Shown here: one piece after another, positions 53,071 to 64,000 of the stretch | Position numbering within the stretch: the first letter of the stretch is position 1 | Layout of the letters: every line of letters starts with the position of its first letter | Source of the DNA: the human T2T-CHM13v2.0 reference genome, Homo sapiens | Assembly (NCBI RefSeq): GCF_009914755.1 | Contig: NC_060928.1 | Strand: one strand, 5' to 3' | Length of the DNA: 64,000 bases | Position numbers and translations under genes: made by a program | Notes under the pieces: generated by a model | Told to the model about the DNA's origin: nothing | The model's input: only the letters and a program-made list of their open reading frames with translations | Database searches by the model: none

Positions 53071-53557
53071 TTCTAGATTAAACGTCTTTAGAAGACAGTT
53101 TAAAATGTCCTCTGCGATACTTTAGGTTTCACCTAGTGCTCAGTAAAGGTCTGCTACAGGTTGGTCAAGGAAATGGGGAGAGAGATTGCCCGAGGCACCA
53201 AAAGCTGTGAGTACAGCAGAAGAGCAAAGGGAATTCCTCATTCTGATGCTGGTGTCAGGGCTATAAATCACAGCTCTCCACAGCCTTTTCCATGCTCATG
53301 TCCCAAGCTCTGCTGGAGAGGAAGTGGTAATGCTGCCTTCATTGTGTTTTACTAGATTCCAAAGAGGAAAATGAGTGGAAATAAAATAGAACTTATTTCA
53401 TTTTTATCTGCTTGAGTAGTCATTGCTTGCCCTCAGTGAAGACACACTGAAGTGCCCTGTAGGAATACAATTGAGCTTTCCTACCTTGCACTAGGTTTCA
53501 GGGGCTGCCACTTTGCAATAGAATACCAGTATGGCTGAAAACACGCTCTTTCTCTCT

Positions 53558-54090
53558 CTCTTTTTAAGAAGAGCTTTATTGAGATACAACCAATATACAA
53601 AAACTGCACATATTTAATGTATACATTTGATGAATTTGGACATAGGGATACACCCATGATACTATCACCACAATGAAGGTAGTAACAGACATATTCATCA
53701 TGTCTAAAAGTTTCCTTGTGTCCCTTAGTTGTCATTGTTGCTCTTTGTTTTGTTTGCTTGCCTTTGTGGTAAGAACACTTTACAGGAGATCTATTCACTT
53801 AACAAATTTTCAAATGCATAATGTAGAATTGTTGACTTTAGGCACTATGCTGTAAAAAGATCTCTAGAATTAATTCATCTTGCATAAGCTGAAACTTTAT
53901 ATCAATTGAAAAACTCCCCATTTCCCTCTTCTCCCAGCTCATTGTCAACACCATTCTAGACTCTTCTTCTGTAAGTTTGACTATTTTAGATACTTCATAT
54001 AAGTGGAATCACGCAGCATTTGTCCTTCTGTGACTGATTTATTTCATTTAGCATGATGCCCTTCAAGTTCAATAAAACTGTTTACAAACA
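53558..54090 (-). mobile_element. L1MB1/2 3' end
   Basis: 'gctttattgagata...gatgaatttggacata...tgtggtaagaacac...agatctctagaa...catataagtggaatc'. Confidence 0.85.
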
Positions 54091-55400
54091 ACAACAGAAA
54101 AAGAATTTCTCTCATGTTTTCTGGGCCTTCCCCAGGCTTTAGCAGTTAACGACCATCATGCCTGAGAAAGTTTTCCCTCATTTCTCCTGTCCTGCTCCCA
54201 GCATTTTACAGCAGCTTCTTTGCTCCATTTTAAGCCTCTATTTCCTTGTGTGAATTTGTCTCCTCTCTCTGTCCTGTCCCCTAAGCCTTCAACAGGCCAC
54301 TATCTTCCACTTGAAAAGGCTGTGCAACCCTAGGAGGGGTCCCTCAGATCCCCTTCCCACACTCTGACTGACCTCTGCATGCTACTGCCACCCACCAAGC
54401 AGACTCAAAAAATAGTCTGCAAGGCCATGCAAACCTTGTGGCTGGACTCCATAAGTTTCCAAACCATCATAACAGCTTATATATAAAGTACGGCTAAAGA
54501 TTTCTTAATGGTGCGGCTGGCTTCTTCATCAGTTATTTACACTAGGTTTCTTCTCCTTCCACCCCTTGATCAGTAATGAAAGCAACTATTGGTGTTCTGT
54601 CTCCTAGTAAGCATGTGTCACTTTCTGGACTTGTTTTCATTTCGTTAACTTCTTGTTATTTTTTGTTATATCTTCAGTTCCATTATAGGATAAAAATTTA
54701 AAAAAATATAAATTTCTCTCTCATTCACCTTATTGGTATCAGTTATATGGTGAAATTATTAATGATTTCTTGTGACTTTCTACATTCCCACCTGAAGCAG
54801 GTGTCTCTTTTTATGTCATTTTAGTCTTTCTATAGTAATTCATTGTAAATAACAGACTAGACTCATTGCTTTGTATAATTACTACCACATGGCAGATATT
54901 CAATAAAATGATTTTGAATGTCAAATGAATTCATCAAATCAACCCTACATTGTCATACATTTCTATTTTTAAACAAGTGTCATCATTTCACTATTAAATC
55001 TGTTGCTCTGAATATTATCTTTAAAATACACTTCTGAGTCATTTTTTAGGTCACTTTATATTTCAGAACAGTTGATATCAAGGGTAAAAAGAACAGCATC
55101 TTTTTGTCACTTCCTGTTTTCTGAATAAAAATAATTTATTTTCTTCTGCAAACTTAATTTTTCCCACAATTGTACTTCAGTCAAGACTTCAGACTGACAT
55201 TTATGGGGACTAGTCCATTCTCAACCTGTCCCCTGTCATCATAAGAAAACAAAGTAACTATCAGCAATTGTCTGTTTCTCATCTCTCTCTCCTTAAGATG
55301 TTTGTAAGAATAATAGTACTATTTAAATGTTAAAGTACTGTATGAACTTAGAAAAAAGCTTCAGAGACTCATTCTCAGGTAGAACCTAAGCTTCTAAATA

Positions 55401-55716
55401 TAGTTGGTGTCCCCATATCCACAAGTTCTGCATCTGCATATTCAACCAAGCATGAATTTAAAATATTTTGGAAAAAACAATAAAAATAACAATACAGTTA
55501 AAAATAATGCAAATTAAAAAATATATAACAACTATTTACATAACACTGATCTTGTGTTAGCTATTGTAAGAAATCTAGAGAGTTTAAAGTACTTGTGAGG
55601 ATGTGCATAGGTTATATGCAAATAATATTACATTTGTATAAGGGACTTGAGCATTGGAATTTTGGTATCCTCAGGGGTTCTGGAATGCATTCCTTGTAGA
55701 TACAGAGGGACAACTG
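55401..55716. mobile_element. MER2/MER2B (TcMar-Tigger) with TA TSDs
   Basis: TA|tagttggtgtccccatatcc ... gatacagagggacaactg|TA, with internal 'gaggatgtgcataggttatatgcaaata'. Confidence 0.9.
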
Positions 55717-55899
55717 TATGTTAGGTTTCTGTTCTTGCTGAAAAGCTTTATTATCATTGAATCTCTTAAATGAGATTTCTTATTACTAAATATCACTTAC
55801 ATGTCATTAATATAATAATAGGGTCATTATCACTGAATAACATTAAATGTGCTTATATAAATGAAGCTAGAAATTGATGGCATAATAAGTTTGCCAGAG

Positions 55900-56085
55900 G
55901 TTTTTGCTTTGCTTATATAAACTCATGTAATTCTCACAAACAACTTGTGAGAGATGCTATTATTATTCCAATTTTACAAATGAAGAACCTCAGGAAAGGG
56001 ACTTAATTAATTTGACCAAGGTTTCATAGTAAGTTACAATTAGGATTAAACCAAGGCAGTATGATTTCAACATCCATAATCATAA
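55900..56085 (-). mobile_element. MIR
   Basis: 'ctattattattccaattttacaaatgaagaacctcagg...atttgaccaagg'. Confidence 0.72.
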
Positions 56086-56304
56086 ATTCTATATTTATTT
56101 GCTTTATTTATTAACAAGATTGCCTTCTACAACCAATAGTGAAATTGCTGTTAGCCCATTGTCAAACATAATGACATTACCTCAGTTCTCATTCAACTTC
56201 ATTTCTCTACTCCATTCAACTAGAGACAACAATTTCCTTTATGTTCTTCCTGTATCCTATTCTCAACATGAGCAAAATCAGGCTCAACATATTTTCTTTT
56301 ATTT

Positions 56305-56510
56305 CAGAGTTGGCAAACATCTTCCATAAAGAGCTAAAGAGTAAGATCTGTGGACCATGTGGTCCTTGTCACCACTGCTCAATTCTGCTGTTGCAGCGAG
56401 AAAGCAGCTGTAGAAGTTATGTGAATGAATCTGTGTTCCAGTAATACTTTATTTAGAAAAACAGACTGCAGTTGTATTTTGCCACAAGCTCAGTGGGTTT
56501 GCCTACCCTG
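56305..56510 (+). mobile_element. MER58A (hAT-Charlie)
   Basis: TIRs 'cagagttggcaaac' and 'gtttgcctaccctg'; internal 'tgtgttccagtaatactttattta'. Confidence 0.85.
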
Positions 56511-56926
56511 GCATTACTCCATACTCAATTTAAAAAGGCCCATTAGAGTGGTCTTTAGGACTCTACTCTCCCATGCTTTTTATTTACCCTCTCTCATTGA
56601 TATGTATATATATGTCTCTTAGCTATCTATAGTAGTTACTAATCGCTGAATGAATACTATGAACCCTTTAGATATTTCCTGTAGCACAATCATAAAGAAT
56701 GTCACTTGCCACACTAATCATAAGTGGAATATCTAGGACTTGACGTATTACTGAAATTCATGCTAAGATATGCTATACTGCCTCTCTGACTTTATGTTTT
56801 ATTATTTATAATTCCATACTTATTTCAAATTGATGATTTAAAATTATTTTTAAGAGACAAGTGATTCTTGTACTTTTTTATATGGGTATCAGGCATGTGA
56901 AGTGAAGTGAACATTATAGAAAATCA

Positions 56927-57155
56927 AATAATACTAATAACTAGTATTTATTGAGTGCTTACTATATCCGCACTAAATATTTCCCTGTATTATTGCAATT
57001 AATAGTCAAAGCAATCTTATCTAGTAGATGCTATTATTTTCCTTATTTAACAACTGATACAAGACTTTGAAAAAGCAAGTAATTTGAAAATATAACTTAG
57101 CTAGCATGGCGTACCACCAATATTGAAATTCAGACAATGTTATCTCGGGTCCCAT
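56927..57155 (-). mobile_element. MIR
   Basis: 'tatttattgagtgcttactat...gtagatgctattattttccttattt'. Confidence 0.7.
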
Positions 57156-58167
57156 ATTCTGAACACTTTTGCAATATCAACAAAGAAAATAGTAGTTTTG
57201 TAAAGCTGATGACACTACTGAGAGACTCTTTTGGAGGGACAATGTTTGTGCAAGAAAAGGTGAATAATATATTGAGTCAGGTGCATAATACACTGATTCA
57301 GATTGTTCATGACACTGTAAGTATTTCTCATGCCTATTACCTTTTCCATGAGAAGCAGCCATTGATGTTTTGTAGTTAAATTATTTACAATTCATGTCAC
57401 AGTTGAGACTGTGCTCCGCGCAATTGATAGGGTATAAATAAATTAAGGTGGCAAATACGAGAATTCTGCATAAAATGGTCATTAAATAGTGGTTGAATTT
57501 CTGGATCCTTACTCGGGGTCTGTAAAGAAGAAGGCACAAAGAGGGAACAAAAACGCTAGGAAGAATAGAAGAGATAGTATGCATAAAGCTAAGAGAGAGA
57601 AAACCTAAGTCGCAAACACGATTAGATAGCATTAGATGCTGTCTCTGATAGAATAGTAAGTTAACAATAACGCTAAACTGACAGTAACTTCAAAGAATGT
57701 TGAACGTTTTACATGAGTTGGTGTTAAATCCAGACATGTTTTTGAAATGGTCCAATTTACCATGAAGCCTGACTTTTGTGGCTGCTGAGTATTTCACTTG
57801 TGCCTACATAATTTTTTCAGTTGTCTCACACACACACACAAAATTCTTGACTGTGGGCATTAATCCACACAAGAAATTTTCATTTATTTGCTTAGAAGAC
57901 GTTTCTAGAAATGGTAATGTGTAATAGTATATAACAAAAATCCAGCTGTTTTCAATTATTTAATACTATGCAAGTAACGATATGTATGCTTCAGAATTTC
58001 CATTAAAATCATATTTTATTCTATTATTATTATTTTTCAGAGTATGAGTCTCACTCTGTCACCCCGGCTGGGGTGCAGTGGCACCATCATGACTCACTGC
58101 AGCTCAGCATCCCTGGCTCAAGCAATCCTCCTGCCTCAGCCTCCCAAGTAGCTGGGACTACAAACAC

Positions 58168-58579
58168 TGATATGGTTTGGATCTCTACGTCCCTGCCTAA
58201 ATCTCATATCAATTTGTCATCCTCAATGTTGAAGTGGGGCCTGGTGGGAGGTGACTGGGAGTGGATCCTTCACAAATGGTTTAGCACCATCCCCTCAGTG
58301 CTATTCTCTTTATAATGAGTAAGTGAGTTGTCGCAAGATCTGGTTGTTTAAAAGTGTGTAGCACCACCTCCCTCTCTTGCTCCTGCTCTGGCCATGTAAG
58401 ATGACTACTTTCCCTTTACCTTTCACTGTAATTGTAAGTTTCCTGAGGCCACCCCAGAAGCAGAAGCTGATATGCTTCCTCTACAACCTGCAGAACTATA
58501 AGACAGTTAAACCTCATTTCTTTATAAATTACCCAGTCTCAGGTATTTCTTCACAGCAGTGCAAGAACAAACTAATACA
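58168..58579 (+). mobile_element. MSTA-type 5' LTR
   Basis: tgatatggtttggatc ... gaacaaactaataca. Confidence 0.93.
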
Positions 58580-60200
58580 AAAAAACTGGTACCCAGGAGT
58601 GAGGCAGTGCTTATTATAAAGGTACTTGAATATGTCGAAGTGGCTTTGGAATTAGGTAACAAGCACAGGTTGGAACAGTTTAGAAGGCTGGGATAAGAAG
58701 ACAGGAAGATGAGGAAAAGTTTGGAACTTGCTAGAAACTTGTTAAATGGTTGTGATCAAAATGCTGATAGTGATATGGACAATGAAGTTCAGGATGAGGA
58801 GGTCTCAGGTGGAAATAAGGAACTTATTGGGAACTGGAGCAAAGGTCACTTTTGCTATGCATTAGCAAAGAACTCGGAGGCATTGTGCCTCTGCCCTAGA
58901 GATCTGTGGAACTTTGAACTTGGGAGCGATGATTTAAGGTAATTGGAGGAAGAAATTTCTAAGCAGCAAAGCATTCGGGAATTTACCTGGCTGCTTAGAA
59001 CAGCCTATGGTCATATGCATGAGCAAATAAAAGATGTAAAACTAGAACTTATATTTAAAGGGGAAGCAGAGTATAAGAGTTTGGAAAATGTGCAACCTGA
59101 CCATAGGATAGAAAAGGAAAACCCATTTTTGGGGCAGGGATTCAAGCATGCTGCAGAAATTTACATAAGTAAAAAGGAGCCAAGTCATAATAGCCAAGAG
59201 AATGAGGAAAAGGCCTTGAAGGTATTTCAGAGAACTTTGCTGCAGCCCTTCTCATCACAGGCACATATACCTAGGAGGAAAGACTGGTTTTGTGGGCCAG
59301 GCCCAGGCTCCACTGCCCCGCACAGCCTCATGCCCCTGTTCCCTGGATGCTGGTCACTCCAGCTCCAGACGTGGCTCAAAGGAGCCCAGGTAAACCTCAA
59401 GCTGCTGTTTCAGAGGGTACAAGCCATAAGCCTTGGTGGCTTCCAGGTGATGTTAAGCCTGTGGGTACACAGAGTGCAAGAATTGAGGCTTAGGAGCCTC
59501 TACCTTGATTTCAGAGAATGTATGGAAAAGCCTGAAAGTCCAGGCAGAAGAGAAGCCTGTTGCAGGGGCAGAGCCCTCATGAAGAAACTCTACTAGGGCA
59601 GTTCAGAGGGGAAATGTGGTGTTGGAGTTCCCACACAGAGTCCTCACTGGGTACTGCAAAGTGAAGCTGTGAGAAGAGGGCCACCATCATCCAGACCACA
59701 AAATGTTAGAGAGATACCCACAGCTTGTGCCACGTGCCTGGAAAAGCTGCAATGCCAGCTCTTGAGAACAACTGTGGTGGCTGAGCCCTGCAAAGCCACA
59801 GAAGCAGAGCTGTTGAAGGCCTTGGAAGCTCAACCCTCGCACTAGTATGTCCTGGATGTGAAAAATGCAGTCAGGGGAGATTATTTTGGAGCTTTAAGAT
59901 TTAATGACCATCCTCCTGAATTTCAGACTCGTATGGAGCCTATTGCCCCTTCCTTTTGGCTGATTTCTCTCTTTTGGAATAGGAGTACTTACCCACTGCC
60001 TAAACCTCCATTGTATTTTGGAAGTAACTAATTTGTTTTTGATTTTACAGTATTATAGGTGGAAGGGACTAGCTTGTATCAGACTTTGGACTTTGGAGTT
60101 AATGCTGAAATGAGTTAAGACTTTGGGGACCATTGTGAAGGCATGATTTTATTTTGAAATGTGAGAAGGACATAAAATTTGAGAATGGTCAGGGGAAAAA
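58580..60200 (+). mobile_element. MST-int (MaLR internal region) with decayed gag-derived ORF
   Basis: PBS-like 'tggtacccaggagtg' at 58587. ORFs 58709-58942 and 58943-59596 (LNGCDQNADSDMDNEVQ...ELIGNWSKGHFCYALAK...EEISKQQS). Purine-rich stretch before 60201. Confidence 0.92.
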
Positions 60201-60614
60201 TGAAATGGTTTGGATCTGTCACCAACCAAATCTTATGTCAAATTGTAATCCCCAGTGTTGGAGGTGGGGCCTGGTGGGAGGTGATTGAATCATGAAGTTG
60301 GATCCTTTATGAATAGTTTATTAGCATCCCCTCAGTTCTGTTCTCATGATAGTGAGTTATCATGATATCTGGTTGTTTAAAGGTGTGTAACACCTTCTGC
60401 TTCTCTCTCTTTTGCTCCTGCTCCAGCCATGTAAGACATTCCTGCTTCCCCTTTACCTTTCACCATGATCGTAAGTTTCCTGAGTCCTCCCCAGAAGTGA
60501 AACCTGCTATGCTTCCATACAGCCTGCAAAACCATAAGCCTACTAAATTTATTTTCTTTATAATTACCTAATCTCAGGTATTTCTTTATAGCAGTGTGAG
60601 AACAGACTAATACA
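60201..60614 (+). mobile_element. MSTA-type 3' LTR
   Basis: tgaaatggtttggatc ... gaacagactaataca; a direct repeat of the 5' LTR. Confidence 0.93.
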
Positions 60615-61029
60615 GTGCACACCACTATGCCTAGCTATTTTTTTTTTATTATTATCTTTTGTAGAGGCCAGTTCTAGCTGTGTTGCCTAGGCTGGCCTCA
60701 AACTCCTGGCCTCAAGCAATTCTCCTGCCTTGGCTTCCCAAAGTGCTGAAATTACAGACATGAGTCATGGTGCCCAGCCCATTTCCATTAAAATTGTAAT
60801 ATAACCTCTTGGATATTCATCACCTTTTCTCTACATTGTTTTGGTATCTGTAAAATGCAGCACATGATTTAAATTATCTCTAACTTTGTTGTAAGTTTTA
60901 ACATTCCATTAATCTATCTCTTCCTCCTGTAATTAAATCTGTTTTTCTTCAGTCTCTAGAATGTAACATTGATGAAAATTATAAGCATATAACCTAGCCT
61001 CAAAACTCAAAAATCAGATCTCAAAAGCT

Positions 61030-61559
61030 AAGCATATATATTTATTGGGCTACAAAGCTACAGGAAGAATAGATCTCTGGGAGGCCTTGAACTGACCATG
61101 TTTTTCCCCACTCTCACTTGTGGTTCTTGAGAATATCTGTAGATTGTATTGGGAATGCAACATCTTGAGATGAGGTTGAACTGACTGGAACAGCCTAAGC
61201 TCTGTTTCTGTTCCCTCCAAGAGAAGAGTGTCCTACAGCATTTTAGCCCACTGAGTCCAGTAATTCTAGGGTATATAACCCAGGTGGGCTACTTTTCAGG
61301 ATCCCTCAGCAGTGATGTAAGTGAGGCACCGGCAGACAAGATTCCATTCGCTCTGAGCAGATTTCCTTAGCTTTGAAGGAGCGGGTTTCTACGAATCCTA
61401 GGCTTCTGCTGTTCCTTACTGCGTATCTGTAAGCAACAAACTTGCTTCATACAACTAGTGTGAATGTTCTATCTCACTGAACTCTGGCAAGCAGTAAAAT
61501 TGCAGACCAAGATTCAGTGAGCTGAAGTGGTAACCAGGGCATGATGAATCTTGTTAGTA
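61030..61559 (+). mobile_element. LTR47/LTR53/MER74-group ERVL solo LTR
   Basis: 'tgggaatgcaacatcttgagat...ggtatataacccagg...aatcctaggcttctg...tggtaaccag'. Confidence 0.72.
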
Positions 61560-62059
61560 CCACACAAGTATATTTTTGTGATTTAAAAAATGAGAAATTG
61601 CAATGAATTGAAAATAACCAAAAATACATATTATTTTTACTTTACATTTTTTAGTATGCATATATGTTAAGCATCTTAATTTATATAGAAATTTATTATA
61701 TTCTAATATTTATGTATATTAAGAAAAGCCTATTGAATTTGCATGTAAGCCATTTAAATAAAATCTGTCAACTTTTTTACTCGTATATCTTATCTGGCTT
61801 ATTTACTTAATCACAGATAATTTTCCAAAGCAACAATTGTGTTGCAGTCAATTATGTGTGATTGAAACTTGGTTTATAAAAGCAAATGTATTAAATTCAA
61901 GTGTTAAATCTGCAAAAACCTGATGAGTACTGTTTGGTTTATAAATTACGATCTCATAAAAGTGCTAATATTTTAATATTATTATTATAGCATATAAACT
62001 AGTATCACATCCCCAAAGACATAAGTGTTTGTACAATATATCTAAGTTTGTGTAATACC

Positions 62060-62295
62060 AGTAACAGTAAAATACCTTGCAGCTTAATATCTGCCAGTCA
62101 CTGTTCTGAGCATGTGCTATGGATTAATCCTCAAAATAATTGTAAATACTGATTCCCATTATTTCCATTTTACAGGTGAGGAAACTGAGCAACAGAGCAG
62201 TAAGCAGTTTGTCGAAGATCAGACAACTCCTGCATAGTGGGTCCAAAAGATAAATTCTATTACTCTGATCCAGAATCTTGCTCTGAGACATTCTG
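62060..62295 (-). mobile_element. MIRb
   Basis: Core 'ccattttacaggtgaggaaactgag'. Confidence 0.82.
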
Positions 62296-64000
62296 TTATC
62301 TATTTTTTTGTGTATACCTGGTATAAACTATATATATATATAGTTGCTCTTTATATGACACTCTTGGTTTCTTTAATATAAAATATGAATAAAATGAATA
62401 ACAAAGAAATTCTAACATTCCCGTATTTTGTTTTACAGTATGATATGATTCTTATAACTAATTGTTGAAATATTCCTCTGATAATACTGACAATAAAAAA
62501 AGACATTTAACTATATTTCTTACAAATGGATGATATGAAGTATATAGTAACAATAACAAAACTTATTTTTAAAAAATCTAACTTTCAGTAGCAGTTAGTA
62601 TGTATATTATCTTTGAATAGGATTTTTTTAAAGAAAACATTTAAGACTCTCTAGTACCAGGCTCTTCAATGTTTTCTACCAGGGATATGGGATAGTAAGG
62701 CATGACATACACAGCCCCATGGGGAAATGATGCCATGTTTTTCGGGAGCAAATGTTCCTGTAATATGGAGGTGTTTTGAATTATGTATAATTAGAATCAC
62801 ATTTCATACAAAGGGAACCCGAGGACATCATGGTGAAGAATGTATGATTTAAAATAAATTCATTTTAATGTAAAAAACATGAGTTGGAAAATACCCTTTG
62901 CACTTCGGGTAAGACCACAGACATAGCACCACTTCACTCCATTTGGAGAAGTGTTATGCTGTCTGGTAAATTTAAGTAGAAAAGCTTAAAAATAATTAAC
63001 GGGAAAGATTTTGTATATTGTGAATTGTTAAAGCTCAGAGGATATAGGGTATTTACTCATTACTAAGGAATGTTGTAGCCCAGCCAGCAGTAGTATTCAA
63101 CAATCTTTGTTTTCATTTTTGTGCTTTACTACTTCACTTTCTACTTTATCATTCGACTTTATTTTCCACTTTACTATTTGTCTTCCTAATAATGCATGTC
63201 TTCAGGGGACTATTCCTGGTTGTTCATTCCTTAATCCAGTGGCTGCAATCTATAAGATCAGGAGAATGGTGTTGTCATTGCTATCAGTGTTCTTGCCATC
63301 ACAACCAGGCTATTCGTGATACATTGACAGCTAGACAATGGAGTATAAGTTCTAGCACCTCACAATAAATATTCGTGCCTGTGGAAGCCTGTCCATTTGC
63401 CTTCATTGCTGTAGGAAGAATGGTCAACCCTCCTGGTTCTGTTCAAGTGCATCTCATTAGCTGACCCTATATTGCCTCAAGAAATCTAGCTACAAGTATG
63501 TGAAAGAAATGTCCTTGTTATCATTCAAACCCTGCATATAGGTAACAACATAGAAAGGAAAGAAACAGCTGTAATATGGACATTATCTTGAAGATTAATA
63601 CTAAGAAACAATGTAAAAATAACAAGAAAATATTCTAATCTAGTCCTGAGAGTCACAATAAAAATAAATATTGGAGAAAGTACAATTTTATACAAGTCAT
63701 AACCAAGAATATGCTAAAATCATCTTTGAGCAATAATATAAGCAAAGAATATACATTTACAAAGTATGTAAATGATAAGAGTTTTAGCAATCACTATGGA
63801 ATAATTATAGTATGGGATAACTATGGAATTATTTAGCAATAGATTATGGAGTAAACTATAGAATGTGGTAGGGAAAATGTTACAGGATATCAAAAGAGTC
63901 GACTAAGCATAAATGGCTGTGAAACACCTAAGGCGGGGCTTCACTCATGGTCACATAGCTTAAGAATGATCACTGATTTCTTTGTGAGACAGTAATATTT

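Larger units (their letters stand above)
58014..60780 (-). mobile_element. AluJ split by an MST provirus (Alu parts 58014-58167 and 60615-60780)
   Basis: The two halves rejoin at 'gggactaca...gtgcacaccac'. TSD atttccattaaaat at 57996-58009 and 60781-60794. Confidence 0.93.

Noticed and set aside
53100-54700. Moderately GC-richer sequence flanking the L1MB fragment as exon or promoter
   Set aside because: No coherent ORF, splice pair or CpG enrichment; probably an unrecognised old repeat that I cannot assign.

Overview
AT-rich, CpG-depleted primate (human-like) genomic DNA with no supportable protein-coding gene, tRNA/rRNA gene or CpG island. It reads as a gene desert or the interior of a very large intron. 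More than half of the window is decayed transposable elements: old LINE-1s (L1ME, L1MB, L1MA, L1PA15/16), Alus (AluJ, AluS, FLAM; no AluY), MaLR LTRs (THE1, MST, MLT1) including one complete two-LTR MST provirus inside an AluJ, ERVL/ERV1 LTRs, DNA transposons (Tigger, MER2, MER5, MER58, MER63), MIR and L2. The recognisable ORFs are pseudogenised L1 ORF1/ORF2, MaLR-internal, ERVL gag, Tigger or Alu frames. The most notable structure is a long, nearly perfect hairpin at 47891-47987 followed by a ~130 bp tail, which resembles the ancient MER135 family. Other notable items are a twin-primed (5'-inverted) L1, a 13.6 kb nested-insertion stack, a small CpG-retaining island with a TATA box, and several micro-duplications. 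I found no convincing new multi-gene system. Subfamily names come from my recall of consensus sequences, not from a database search, and the boundaries of old elements are approximate.
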